Source of the DNA: a virus
Length of the DNA stretch: 64,000 nt
Virus record (IMG/VR): IMGVR_UViG_3300036715_003363
Reading direction: 5' to 3' (one strand)
Position numbers and translations under genes: made by a program. The notes under the pieces were generated by a model. It worked only from the letters and a program-made list of their open reading frames with translations. It ran no database searches and was not told the origin of the DNA. Shown here one piece after another: positions 46,638 to 56,476 of the stretch; position 1 is the stretch's first letter; every line of letters begins with the position of its first letter.

Positions 46638-49014
46638 TTATAGTGTTTCGCGATCCGGAATTGATACAGTAATAGGCGCACCCTTCGGTGTTCCGGTTGG
46701 TGTTCCATCTACATACTACGCAACACTTGTTCATGAACAAGTACCACTACCACCTCCTGATATTCCAGGTCAGGGTCTTCCTCGAGCAGTAAACTACCTC
46801 GCAGATTACGGAGGATGTAGCTTTTATAGATGTATGGCTCCGAATAACATGCTCAATCTTTATAATAAAGCAGTTATTCAAGATCTTACAACGATGGTTC
46901 TTGATCCAAGATTTTATCAGGGAATAAAAGCAGTAAAGATTCAAAGACAAGCAACACCAGTTCAGAGAGAGTTTGTAAAGATGCTTAAGCAACTTTCAAT
47001 ACAAGAGGGATTTAAACTTATCTATGAAATTGATGATATTGTTTTCAGAGAAGATATTCCTGATTATAATAGAAACAAAGACGCGTTTGTAAGCGATGAA
47101 ATTAGAAACTCAATTCTTGATATTATGAGAATGTGTGACGAAGTTACAGTTACATGTGATCATATGAGAGATTATTTTATTGAAAAAACAGGAAATAAAA
47201 ACACAACAGTCATTCCTAATTATCTTCTTAAATGGTGGTTTGATCGATACTATAACTTAGGAGATTTGATCAAAAAGTACGAAAAAAATAAAAAGAAGCC
47301 TGTTATATCAATTTTTGCCTCTGGTACTCATACAGATACTGTTAATAGAGTTAACCAAAATGACGACTTTGCTGCTATTGTTAGTGCTGTAATGAAAACA
47401 AGAAAAGATTTTCAGTGGCAATTCTATGGATGCTTTCCACTTACTTTGAAACCTTTTGTTGATTCAGGAGAAGTTATCTATAAACAATGGGTGCAGCTTC
47501 CAGACTTTCCAGCTGCAATGGCAGAATCTGGCTCACAATTAACATTTGCGGCTCTACAGAATAATAACTTTAATCGCAGTAAGTGCGTAACAGGAGACAC
47601 AATTATTCAAATAAAAGATGAAGGATTCATTAAAATTAAAGATTTTTGTGAAAGTAAATACACTACACAAAAAGATGTAAGAGTTAATAACACATTTAAA
47701 AAAATAGACGGAATATATATATCTCCCGAAAAGGAAAAAATTATTAAAATTGTAACTAATAAGGGATATGAGCTTAAAGGAACAGAAACACATAGAGTAA
47801 AGATTAATAATAAATGGGTAGAAATGAAAGATATAAAAGTAGGTGATGTAGTTAATATTGAAAAATATGATATTCAAGAGAATCTACCTTATCAAGAATT
47901 GAAAATGCCTTTTTGGCAAACACAAAAAATTAGTACGGATGACTTTATTACTATACAAGACAAGAATATTTCACCTTATATTAAAGTAAATGAAGAATTT
48001 GCTAGATTATTCGGATATATTCTAAGTGATGGTCATCTTTCATCTGGTAATTATGTGAGTATTACATGCTGTAAGAGAGACAAGGAGGTTATTGATGATG
48101 TAACAAATCTAATTACGCAAATGGGAATAACACCAAAAATACACAAATCTTCATATGATGATTCGATTGAGTGTTCTATAATTTCATGTAATTCAAAAAC
48201 ATTAAGACAAATGTTCGAATGGATGGGTTTCACAACAAAGAGTAAAAGTAAGGATTTATCTATCCCGAATTTTATATGGAAATCTAAAAGAAGTGTAGTG
48301 GCCAATTTTATACAGGGTCTTTTTGAGTTAGATGGTACTGTATCAACAGAAGTGAGCTTTTGTACAAAGTCAGAGAAATTTGCAAAGGATATACAAATTA
48401 TTTTATTAGGATTTGGAATATTTACAACACACACAAGAGAAAAATCGTCTTATACTAAAGGTCGTGAGAAAGTAGTTACAGGAGAGCATTCAGTTATAAG
48501 ATTGACTAGAGAAAGTTGTGATATATTTCAAAAAGAGATAGGATTTGTTTCAAATTTTAAAAAAGATAAGCTTAAAAATGTATGTGAAAAAAAGCATATC
48601 AATGAATATAATCAGACTGACGAAGTAGTTAGTGTTGAATATACTGAAAATGAAATTGTGTATGACATTAGTGTACCTGGATTAAGGAGCTATTGTGCAA
48701 ATGGCATATTATCACACAATAGTAATATTAAGCTTATCGAAGCTGGATCAATGGGCGTTCCATGCATATGCCCCGATATGTGCACATATCAAGATGCATT
48801 GCTAAAGTATAAGACTGGTGATGAATTTATTGATCAGATTCGTTACGCTCTTAAGGACCAGACAAGATATGCAGATCTTTGCAAGAAGTCTCGATTACAT
48901 GCAGAAGACTATTGGCTCGAGGACGAAAAAAATCTCGGAAAACATTACGAGGCATATTTCACACCTTTTGATTCATCTGATAGGAAGTGGCTTTTAGAGT
49001 CAAATCCAGTATAA
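46630..49014 (+). CDS. GT-B glycosyltransferase-like protein with intein
   Basis: D..GC.FYR, YEIDD, FNRSK|intein|SNIKLIEAG.MG.P. Confidence 0.85.
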   Translation: MSNYSVSRSGIDTVIGAPFGVPVGVPSTYYATLVHEQVPLPPPDIPGQGLPRAVNYLADYGGCSFYRCMAPNNMLNLYNKAVIQDLTTMVLDPRFYQGIKAVKIQRQATPVQREFVKMLKQLSIQEGFKLIYEIDDIVFREDIPDYNRNKDAFVSDEIRNSILDIMRMCDEVTVTCDHMRDYFIEKTGNKNTTVIPNYLLKWWFDRYYNLGDLIKKYEKNKKKPVISIFASGTHTDTVNRVNQNDDFAAIVSAVMKTRKDFQWQFYGCFPLTLKPFVDSGEVIYKQWVQLPDFPAAMAESGSQLTFAALQNNNFNRSKCVTGDTIIQIKDEGFIKIKDFCESKYTTQKDVRVNNTFKKIDGIYISPEKEKIIKIVTNKGYELKGTETHRVKINNKWVEMKDIKVGDVVNIEKYDIQENLPYQELKMPFWQTQKISTDDFITIQDKNISPYIKVNEEFARLFGYILSDGHLSSGNYVSITCCKRDKEVIDDVTNLITQMGITPKIHKSSYDDSIECSIISCNSKTLRQMFEWMGFTTKSKSKDLSIPNFIWKSKRSVVANFIQGLFELDGTVSTEVSFCTKSEKFAKDIQIILLGFGIFTTHTREKSSYTKGREKVVTGEHSVIRLTRESCDIFQKEIGFVSNFKKDKLKNVCEKKHINEYNQTDEVVSVEYTENEIVYDISVPGLRSYCANGILSHNSNIKLIEAGSMGVPCICPDMCTYQDALLKYKTGDEFIDQIRYALKDQTRYADLCKKSRLHAEDYWLEDEKNLGKHYEAYFTPFDSSDRKWLLESNPV
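47584..48720 (+). mobile_element. Contiguous intein (379 aa) with LAGLIDADG endonuclease
   Basis: CVTGDT; GTETH; FGYILSDG and FIQGLFELDG; VYDISV...SY.ANGILSHN|S. Confidence 0.93.
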
Positions 49015-49024
49015 TTGATAGTGA

Positions 49025-49429
49025 ATGTATAGAAACGTATATTATAACTCACGAGAAGGAACTGCTTTTTTAAGAACTTGGTCTGAAGAGGGTGTTAGAA
49101 TTGACACTGAGATACCCTTTGGTCCATATCTTTATACAGAAGATAGTAGAGGTGTTGATGGAGTGTCTATTTATAAAACACCACTTAAGAAACACGCATT
49201 TTCAAATAATTTTGAGCGATCAAAGTTTGTAAAGTCAACATCAAACAAAAGAATATTCGGCAATCTAAGCACTGACCAACAATTTTTATTTGAAACATTT
49301 AAAGATCAAATTGATAATGAGGATTTTAGTAAGTTTCCTCTGAAGGTATATTCTTTGGATATTGAAACGGGATCAAACGGATACAGTAGTGATCATAAAA
49401 TTAGAGTTAGAAAGAAGAAAAGAGGTTGA
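49025..49429 (+). CDS. Family B DNA polymerase, N-terminal fragment
   Basis: PYLY, ends just after ExoI SLDIET; followed by stop. Confidence 0.88.
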   Translation: MYRNVYYNSREGTAFLRTWSEEGVRIDTEIPFGPYLYTEDSRGVDGVSIYKTPLKKHAFSNNFERSKFVKSTSNKRIFGNLSTDQQFLFETFKDQIDNEDFSKFPLKVYSLDIETGSNGYSSDHKIRVRKKKRG

Positions 49430-49460
49430 TATTGAGACTTAAAAGCGCATATATGATTAT

Positions 49461-49766
49461 ATGAATTTTATAAAGATTTATAACAGTTTGTGCGACAGAG
49501 GACAAAACAGAATTAAAAATTTAAGCGAAGACGATAAGAAAAAAAGATTGAGTAAAAATCTTCATAGCGACAAAGTTGATCATATCGCTAGAGGAAAAGC
49601 TATATCAAAGAGTAAAAAAGAAAAAACGAACCAGTCTAATATAACTTCTGAGAGATTAGGAAAAATGAATGATGTAGAATTTACAAAATATCTAGAATCG
49701 ATATCACACAGAATGCATACAAGAGCTATAAACTTTAGAAATAAATGGAAGAATATATCACAATAA
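49461..49766 (+). mobile_element. Degenerate free-standing homing endonuclease-like ORF inside polB
   Basis: MNFIKIYNSLCDRGQNR resembles HNH endonuclease N-termini, but no HNH core remains. Confidence 0.5.
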
Positions 49767-52057
49767 AAGATTTTAAAAAAATCCAACACACAGATGAATA
49801 TGAAGTATGGGATGAAAAAAAGAAAGAGTGGCTATCTTTTGATCAAACTGTTTATAGCGGAGATACGTCATTCCCTAATGTTTTAAATCCAAAACATCCA
49901 GTACTACTTATAACCATACACAATTCTCTTACAGATGAATATGACACATGGGGCCTTGTAAAGAATTACACTCCAAAGCTTCCAAACGTTAGATACCATA
50001 AATGCAAAGATGAAGGAGAATTATTTGAGAAGTTTATGCGTTTTTGGAAAGCTGATCCTCCCGATATTTTATGTGGTTGGAACTCAGAGCAGTTTGATAT
50101 TCCGTATATTATTAATAGAGCAAAAAAACTTTTCAGTGAAGAATTCATTAATCAGTTGTCACCAGTTGGTAATCTTTATTACAGAGAGACTCATAATAGA
50201 TTCGGACAAGATTCTGGTAGATGGATTATTGGAGGAATTAGCTGTTTAGATTATCTTGATGTATATAAAGCTTTTTCTAAAGGGAGTAGAGAATCATATT
50301 CCTTAAATTATATTGCAGAGTATGAGCTAGATGAAGGTAAGCTTGCGTTTAATGCAGTAGGACTCGCGGCCCTAGCAGATAATGACTGGGACACATTTGT
50401 TGATTACAATATTCAGGACGTAACTCTGTTGAAGAGACTGGATGACAAACTAAAATATTTGAGTATTGTAAGACTTCTTGCATATAAAGGATGTACAAAT
50501 TTTGAAGCAGCACTTGGAAAAGTTTCAATTGTTACAGGAGCGATGGCCTTACAAGCTAATAAAATGGGATTAGTAATTCCAACATTTAAAACAGAACATG
50601 ATGTTGAAACATTTGCAGGAGGATATGTAAGAGAACCTGAAAAAGGAATTAAAGATTCAATTGTAAGTTTTGACGTTAATTCGCTGTACCCAAATACAAT
50701 TATTACTTTGAATATTTCTGCAGAAACAAAAATGGGTAAAATTGTAACAGGAGATATTGATAAGGATGATGAGATTCAAATCAAGCTTGTCAATGGAAAG
50801 CTTGCAACAGTTAAAGTTAAAAACTTTAAAACATTCATTAAAAATGAAAATATTTCAGTATCAAAGGCAGGAGTATTATACACTCAAAAATACAAGGGTG
50901 TTTGTCCTTTACTAATTGACGGCCTCTATAAAGAGCGCATTGCAGTGAGAAATAAAATGAATGATCTTAAAAAGACGAAGAAAAAAGATGAGGAAACATT
51001 GTCACAGATTACAAGATTAGATAATATGCAGCAAGCGGTTAAGGTATTTTTGAATTCGATTTACGGAACGCTCGCAAATAAACATTCTCCTTTCGTCGAT
51101 ATTGATAGCGCTTCATCAGTTACACTCACTGGACAAGCAGTTGCAAAACAAGGTGCAATTATTATTGATAATTTTGCAAAGGAGAAGTGGGGAGTTGAAG
51201 AGTCGCTTACATTAGCTTCAGATACAGACAGCTGTTATATAACGATCCAGCCTATATTAGATAAATTAGGGATAAAACTTGTTGATGAACAAGGAGTTGT
51301 CACTGCAGAAGCACATAAAATTGTTAATGCAATTGGAAAAATTGTAAATACTGGAGTAATTGAGTGGGCAAAATTAGAACTCAATTCAATTGATCCGAGA
51401 TTTGAATTTAAGAGAGAAGCGATTGCTGATGTAGGAGTATTTACAACGAAGAAAAGATATATTCTTCATATTCTAGATGATGAGGGAGTATCAACAAGTA
51501 AATTTAAGTATGTCGGTGTTGAATTAGCTCGTTCAACAACTCCAAAACCAGTAAAGGCTCTTTTAAAGAAAACAATTGATACTGCTCTTCTATCAAAAGA
51601 TATTAAGAAGACAAATGAAGTTTTTAGAGAGGCTTACGATGAGTTTAAGAGAATGCCAATTGAAGATATATCTTTCAGAAGAGCAGTAAATAATATTTCA
51701 AAGTTTTCAAGTGGTGCATCATTAACAAAGTTTGTAAGTCGAACTCCAGGTCATGTAAAAGCAGCATTGGCTCACAATTTACTTCTTGATAAGTTTGGCA
51801 TTAAAAACAAATATGAAGTTGTAAATTCAGGACAAAAAATTAAGTGGTTCTATGCGGAAAAAAATCAATATGGAGTTGAATCAGTTGGGTTTATTAGCCA
51901 ATATCCAACAGAATTCGCAGCAATAAAAATTGACTATGATAAGATGTTCGGCAAGATTGTTGTTCCTCCAATTGAGGCAATTTATGATGCAATTGGATGG
52001 CATATTCCACAGATAGGAAAAGAGACTGTAACTGATTTATCTGATTTATTCAGTTGA
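49745..52057 (+). CDS. Family B DNA polymerase, C-terminal fragment (T4 gp43-like)
   Basis: GWNSEQFDIPY, YNIQDV, SFDVNSLYP, K..LNSIYG, DTDS, KKRY; C-terminal DLSDLF. Confidence 0.95.
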   Translation: MEEYITIKDFKKIQHTDEYEVWDEKKKEWLSFDQTVYSGDTSFPNVLNPKHPVLLITIHNSLTDEYDTWGLVKNYTPKLPNVRYHKCKDEGELFEKFMRFWKADPPDILCGWNSEQFDIPYIINRAKKLFSEEFINQLSPVGNLYYRETHNRFGQDSGRWIIGGISCLDYLDVYKAFSKGSRESYSLNYIAEYELDEGKLAFNAVGLAALADNDWDTFVDYNIQDVTLLKRLDDKLKYLSIVRLLAYKGCTNFEAALGKVSIVTGAMALQANKMGLVIPTFKTEHDVETFAGGYVREPEKGIKDSIVSFDVNSLYPNTIITLNISAETKMGKIVTGDIDKDDEIQIKLVNGKLATVKVKNFKTFIKNENISVSKAGVLYTQKYKGVCPLLIDGLYKERIAVRNKMNDLKKTKKKDEETLSQITRLDNMQQAVKVFLNSIYGTLANKHSPFVDIDSASSVTLTGQAVAKQGAIIIDNFAKEKWGVEESLTLASDTDSCYITIQPILDKLGIKLVDEQGVVTAEAHKIVNAIGKIVNTGVIEWAKLELNSIDPRFEFKREAIADVGVFTTKKRYILHILDDEGVSTSKFKYVGVELARSTTPKPVKALLKKTIDTALLSKDIKKTNEVFREAYDEFKRMPIEDISFRRAVNNISKFSSGASLTKFVSRTPGHVKAALAHNLLLDKFGIKNKYEVVNSGQKIKWFYAEKNQYGVESVGFISQYPTEFAAIKIDYDKMFGKIVVPPIEAIYDAIGWHIPQIGKETVTDLSDLFS

Positions 52058-52081
52058 AAATCAATACAATGATAGTAGAAT
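52054..52081 (+). promoter_or_regulatory. Sigma70-like promoter, leaderless (ATG at 52088)
   Basis: TTGAAA-N16-TAGAAT-N6-ATG. Confidence 0.65.
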
Positions 52082-52087
52082 ATTAAG

Positions 52088-52933
52088 ATGCTTATTTCAC
52101 ATGAGTGTCCTATTAGTTTACTAGAAACATCTAGATCGTTTAATGATTACGATTATAGTTTAGTTCACCTCCTGAGTGATCCTACATATTACAAGTTTTA
52201 CGAAGACTCAGTAAAGATGGGAAGAAAAGTTATTCTTGATAATAGCCTGTTTGAACTTGAAACTCCATTTGATGCAGATGAATTTGGAGCATGGGTTAAG
52301 AAACTAAAACCGACGGAATACATTATTCCTGACGCCCTAGAAGATCTTAATCTTACAATTTCTAACTTTTATAACTTCAAAGAAAAGTTTCAGGGTGGAC
52401 TTCCAGGTAAATCGATCGGAGTTGTTCAAGGAAAAACTTATGAAGAAATTGTTGAGTGTTATAAGTTTATGGATAAGCATGCAGACATTGTTGCAATATC
52501 TTTTGATTACAGCTTTTATTTAAATGAATGGCCAACAATAGAAGCAATTACAGATGAATTATTTATAGTTCCACAGAAATGGCTTTATGCACCATTTAAT
52601 AAATGGGTAAGATACGCGCTTGGAAGACAATGTCTTCTTTCTCGTCTTATGAGACGCGGTGTTATCAATACAGAAAAAGATCATCACCTTCTCGGCTGTG
52701 CAATTCCAGGAGAGTTTTCAGCATATAAAACACTCAACTGGATTAAATCTGTTGATACATCAAATCCAGTTGTTGCAGGAATTATAGGAAAAAAATATAC
52801 AAGTGAAATTGGTTTAGATGAAAAATGGTCTGTGAAGCTTGTTGATCTCATACATGCAGATCTCGATAAGCAGCAAATGGAATATATAATGTATAATACA
52901 AATATGTTTAGGAGATTTTGTAATGATAAATAA
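52088..52933 (+). CDS. dpdA: 7-deazaguanine DNA transglycosylase (TGT-like)
   Basis: ILDNS.FE, Y..PD, GVVQG, HHLLG, SVDTSNP; next to queF. Confidence 0.75.
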   Translation: MLISHECPISLLETSRSFNDYDYSLVHLLSDPTYYKFYEDSVKMGRKVILDNSLFELETPFDADEFGAWVKKLKPTEYIIPDALEDLNLTISNFYNFKEKFQGGLPGKSIGVVQGKTYEEIVECYKFMDKHADIVAISFDYSFYLNEWPTIEAITDELFIVPQKWLYAPFNKWVRYALGRQCLLSRLMRRGVINTEKDHHLLGCAIPGEFSAYKTLNWIKSVDTSNPVVAGIIGKKYTSEIGLDEKWSVKLVDLIHADLDKQQMEYIMYNTNMFRRFCNDK

Positions 52934-53477
52934 AAAGATTTGGGTCGCAATGTTTAGTCAATCTGGTCTAGAAATTGCAAATGTTTCTAAGAGGCTTGGA
53001 AGAATTCCTGATGTAGTTCTCACAAATAAAGACATTGAGGATATGGATACTATTAATACTCTTCTTACAAAAAGTTGTGCTGAAGTATTAACACTTTTTA
53101 GTACAAGAAAGCCATCAGTTGATAGTTATATTACAGCAATTCCGGAAAAAGCAATTGTAACAATGCACGGATATCTTCGAATTATTCCTGCAGAAGTCTG
53201 CGAAAAAAGAACAATTTATAATCTTCATCCTGCTAATCTTATAATGCACCCTCAGTTAAAAGGACTTGATCCTCAGAAAAAAGCATTTAAAATGAAATTA
53301 GGTCTTTCAGGTAATACAATTCATGAGTGCACGGCAGAATTAGATTCAGGTAAAATCATAACATCAAGTGTTGTAGATATTGCAGGTTTAAAACTTAATG
53401 GCATTATTGACGCACTTCATTCAGACGCTGAAAACCTATGGGTACAATTTTTAAAGGACAAATTAAATGAGTATTAA
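52923..53477 (+). CDS. PurN-like formyltransferase, probable preQ1 formyltransferase (DpdN-like)
   Basis: A.FSQSG, G.LRIIP, YNLHP, G.T.H.CTAELD.G. Confidence 0.75.
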   Translation: MINKKIWVAMFSQSGLEIANVSKRLGRIPDVVLTNKDIEDMDTINTLLTKSCAEVLTLFSTRKPSVDSYITAIPEKAIVTMHGYLRIIPAEVCEKRTIYNLHPANLIMHPQLKGLDPQKKAFKMKLGLSGNTIHECTAELDSGKIITSSVVDIAGLKLNGIIDALHSDAENLWVQFLKDKLNEY

Positions 53478-54021
53478 AATTGCAATTAGTGGCGCGCATA
53501 GCCAAGGCAAGACTACTCTTGTAAATGCTCTAAAAGAATCAGATATATTTAAAGGCTGGGACTTTATGACAAGTATGACAAGATCACTAGAAGCTGCAGG
53601 TTTTGTTATAAATGAGGGAGCAACAGATCTCACACAACTAAACATAATGCTAAAACACTATGAGAGAGCTCTTACAGACAATAATACAGTGCTTGATCGT
53701 TGCGCATTAGACGGATTAGTTTATAGCAGTTATCTCTTCGAAAAGAATCAAATATCATGTGAGGCATACAACATTACTCGAAGTATGTTTACAAATACAA
53801 TACATAAATATAAACAAATTTTTTATATTAAGCCTGAACTGCCTTTAATTAATGACGGACAAAGATCAGTAAACGCTGAATTCTATGATGGTGTTAAACA
53901 ATGGTTTGATCGAATAATTTCTAAACACCTCGTACCAATTACAGTAATTTCAGGCTCAGTTGAAGAGCGAGTTGCAACAATAACAGAGTTTGCAAAAGCA
54001 TCAATTTTACCATTTTTATGA
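53467..54021 (+). CDS. P-loop nucleotide kinase-like ATPase (AAA_28 type)
   Basis: GAHSQGKTT, LDRC..D..VY, R...I. Confidence 0.8.
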   Translation: MSIKIAISGAHSQGKTTLVNALKESDIFKGWDFMTSMTRSLEAAGFVINEGATDLTQLNIMLKHYERALTDNNTVLDRCALDGLVYSSYLFEKNQISCEAYNITRSMFTNTIHKYKQIFYIKPELPLINDGQRSVNAEFYDGVKQWFDRIISKHLVPITVISGSVEERVATITEFAKASILPFL

Positions 54022-54935
54022 TAGACAACACAAACGTAAGTAAGGTATTAGGACAGCGAGTTGACGCTCCTTCTTTATACGACAAATCAATTCTTGTAAG
54101 AGAACCAAGACAGAGTAATAGAACATATCTTAATATCAACGACAATCATCTTCCTTTTGAAGGAGTTGATGTTTGGAATAATTGGGAAATAAGCGCTCTC
54201 ACAGACGGAGGATTGCCTGTTACAGGAATTGCAAAAATAATTTATCCGTGTAACAGTAAGTACATTGTTGAATCTAAGTCTGCAAAGCTGTATTTTAACT
54301 CATATAATATGACTAAGATTGCATGCAATCCTAAATCTGTTTTTTTAAAAATTGAAGAAATGTCAAGCAGAGACTTATCAGAGTATCTTGAAACGAATGT
54401 GCAAGTAAAGATCTTTCCTGCGATTGAAGAGTCAGTTAAGAATACATTCTACAGACACTCACTGAATGAGAGCTACCTTAATTCATTTATGACTATAGAT
54501 ACACTGTATCCAAACCTCGTAACTGATACATACAACGAGGACGACACACTACTAAAAGAAGATACTAGTAAACTTCACGTTGCAACAAATCAAAAATTTC
54601 GCAGCAGCTTACTTAGATCTAATTGTCGTGTGACACATCAACCTGATGCAGGATATGTATATATCGATATTACATCAACAAAAACTATTGACACTGAAAG
54701 TCTATTAAAGTATATCATTAGTTTTAGAAATGAGTGTCATTTTCACGAAGAAATTTGTGAATGCATTTATACAAAAATAGATAAAATCTTTCAGCCAAGC
54801 GAATTACTTGTTGCATGCTTCTATGTTCGTCGCGGTTCTCTTGATATTAATCCAGTGAGATGTTCAGATATTAAAATGGTTCCAGAATTTCTTACGGATA
54901 TTAATACACCTTGGGTAAAAAGTCTCAGACAATAG
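54018..54935 (+). CDS. queF: NADPH-dependent preQ0 reductase (two-domain type)
   Basis: VESKS.KLYFNS, LLRSNC.VT.QPD, FHEE.CE.I, Y.RRG.LDINP.R. Confidence 0.9.
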   Translation: MIDNTNVSKVLGQRVDAPSLYDKSILVREPRQSNRTYLNINDNHLPFEGVDVWNNWEISALTDGGLPVTGIAKIIYPCNSKYIVESKSAKLYFNSYNMTKIACNPKSVFLKIEEMSSRDLSEYLETNVQVKIFPAIEESVKNTFYRHSLNESYLNSFMTIDTLYPNLVTDTYNEDDTLLKEDTSKLHVATNQKFRSSLLRSNCRVTHQPDAGYVYIDITSTKTIDTESLLKYIISFRNECHFHEEICECIYTKIDKIFQPSELLVACFYVRRGSLDINPVRCSDIKMVPEFLTDINTPWVKSLRQ

Positions 54936-54972
54936 TTGAAAAGTTTTTAGTGCACACATAAATTATAACAAT

Positions 54973-55335
54973 ATGAGCGAAAACCAAGTTATTACATTTT
55001 TTGACACCATCGGCCGCACCATTCTCGGCAAACAAGTTGACTCAAATGAACAAACAATCACAGTTGAAAATCCAGCTGTAGTACAGATTACACCAAATCA
55101 GTCAAACGGTCAACTTACTCTTCAAATTCTCCCTATATTTTTTAGAGAATTTCTTGCAGATCCTAACGCGGCAATTCAGGTTATTTATAATCGCAGTACA
55201 ATTAATGAAATTAAAAATCTAACACTCAGCTTTAGAGTTAAAGCTCAATATGAGCAGAACTTTTTGCCTCAAGGCGCAGCACCCGCTCAACCCGTTGCAC
55301 CTAAAGCGGATGTAATAAAATTATTCGAAGATTAA
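54973..55335 (+). CDS. Hypothetical (Sm-like beta) protein
   Basis: 120-aa ORF upstream of uvsX. Confidence 0.7.
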   Translation: MSENQVITFFDTIGRTILGKQVDSNEQTITVENPAVVQITPNQSNGQLTLQILPIFFREFLADPNAAIQVIYNRSTINEIKNLTLSFRVKAQYEQNFLPQGAAPAQPVAPKADVIKLFED

Positions 55336-55338
55336 TGA

Positions 55339-55366
55339 TTGAAAATTATTAGTCTTAAGGTATAAT
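55339..55366 (+). promoter_or_regulatory. Sigma70-like promoter, leaderless (ATG at 55373)
   Basis: TTGAAA-N16-TATAAT-N6-ATG. Confidence 0.75.
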
Positions 55367-55372
55367 AAATAC

Positions 55373-56476
55373 ATGGCTAAGAAAAAAGACGAACTCGCGC
55401 ACCTAAAAGACATTTTTGCATCAGTTGATAAATTAAATCCTGATGCAGCAGTATTAGATGAATCAACTTTATCATCTGCAGACGATTGGATTGACACAGG
55501 ATCATACGCACTAAATGCAATTATCTCTGGTTCCCTATATAAAGGAATCCCAGGAGGACGAATCACTGGTTTTGCAGGTCCTTCTATGGCAGGAAAAACA
55601 CTTATTATCAATAAGTGCTTGGCTAATGCACAGAAAAAAGGTTATATTCCAGTAATTTGGGATTCAGAAGTTGCAGTCAATAAGAAAAGTGCACAAGGCG
55701 CTGGGATGGACACAACAAGAGTTAAGTATTATCCCGTTGAAACCATTGAAGACTGTAGAAACCAAATGTGTGTGTTTCTTGATAACGTAATTAAAGCCGA
55801 TAATCCTGACTATAAATTTATTATTGCAATTGATTCACTTGGAAATCTTGCAAGCGCAAAAGAAATTAAGGATGCTACCACCGGAAAAGAAGCAGCTGAC
55901 GTCGGTCAAAGAGCAAAAGCTATTAAGTCCATGATGAGAACGCTAACTTATAAAGCTGCAAAGGCTAGAGTGCCAGTTCTCTTTAGTAATCACATTTATG
56001 AAGGTATGGAAATGTTTCCAACGCTTGTAAAATCGCAGTCCGGAGGTAAAGGACCGGTCTATCTTGCATCAGTTCTCGTTCAGCTTTCAACACGAAACGA
56101 AAAAAACAGTGAAAATCCTGATGAAGCATCAGTTGCACTATCGCATAATATTTCTGGTGTAACTCTTGGCGCCCTAACAGTTAAGAATCGATTTGTTCCG
56201 GCATATCTTAAGACTGAATTGTATCTAAATTTTAAAACAGGTCTTGATAAACATACTGGTCTTGTTGAAATTGCAGAAGCAATGGGAGTTCTCGAAAAAC
56301 CAGGTCGCACTTATATCTTTAACGGCGAAAGTGTCGGCTATCGAAAAGATTTTGAAAAAGATCTTAAGTTTTGGGAAAGGATTTTACCGTCTCTTGAGAC
56401 AGCTTTACAAGAAAAGCTTTGTTACGGTACATCAGCATCAGTTGAATTACAAGAAGAAGTCGATAATATCGAATAA
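55373..56476 (+). CDS. uvsX: RecA-like recombinase
   Basis: IDTGSYALN..ISG, G.SMAGKT, DSE, IDSLGNL, SNH.Y, GG. Confidence 0.92.
   Translation: MAKKKDELAHLKDIFASVDKLNPDAAVLDESTLSSADDWIDTGSYALNAIISGSLYKGIPGGRITGFAGPSMAGKTLIINKCLANAQKKGYIPVIWDSEVAVNKKSAQGAGMDTTRVKYYPVETIEDCRNQMCVFLDNVIKADNPDYKFIIAIDSLGNLASAKEIKDATTGKEAADVGQRAKAIKSMMRTLTYKAAKARVPVLFSNHIYEGMEMFPTLVKSQSGGKGPVYLASVLVQLSTRNEKNSENPDEASVALSHNISGVTLGALTVKNRFVPAYLKTELYLNFKTGLDKHTGLVEIAEAMGVLEKPGRTYIFNGESVGYRKDFEKDLKFWERILPSLETALQEKLCYGTSASVELQEEVDNIE

Noticed and set aside
49370-49870. Intein or group I intron in polB
   Set aside because: No intein blocks or terminal Asn; I could not identify intron core helices by eye; needs a covariance-model search.
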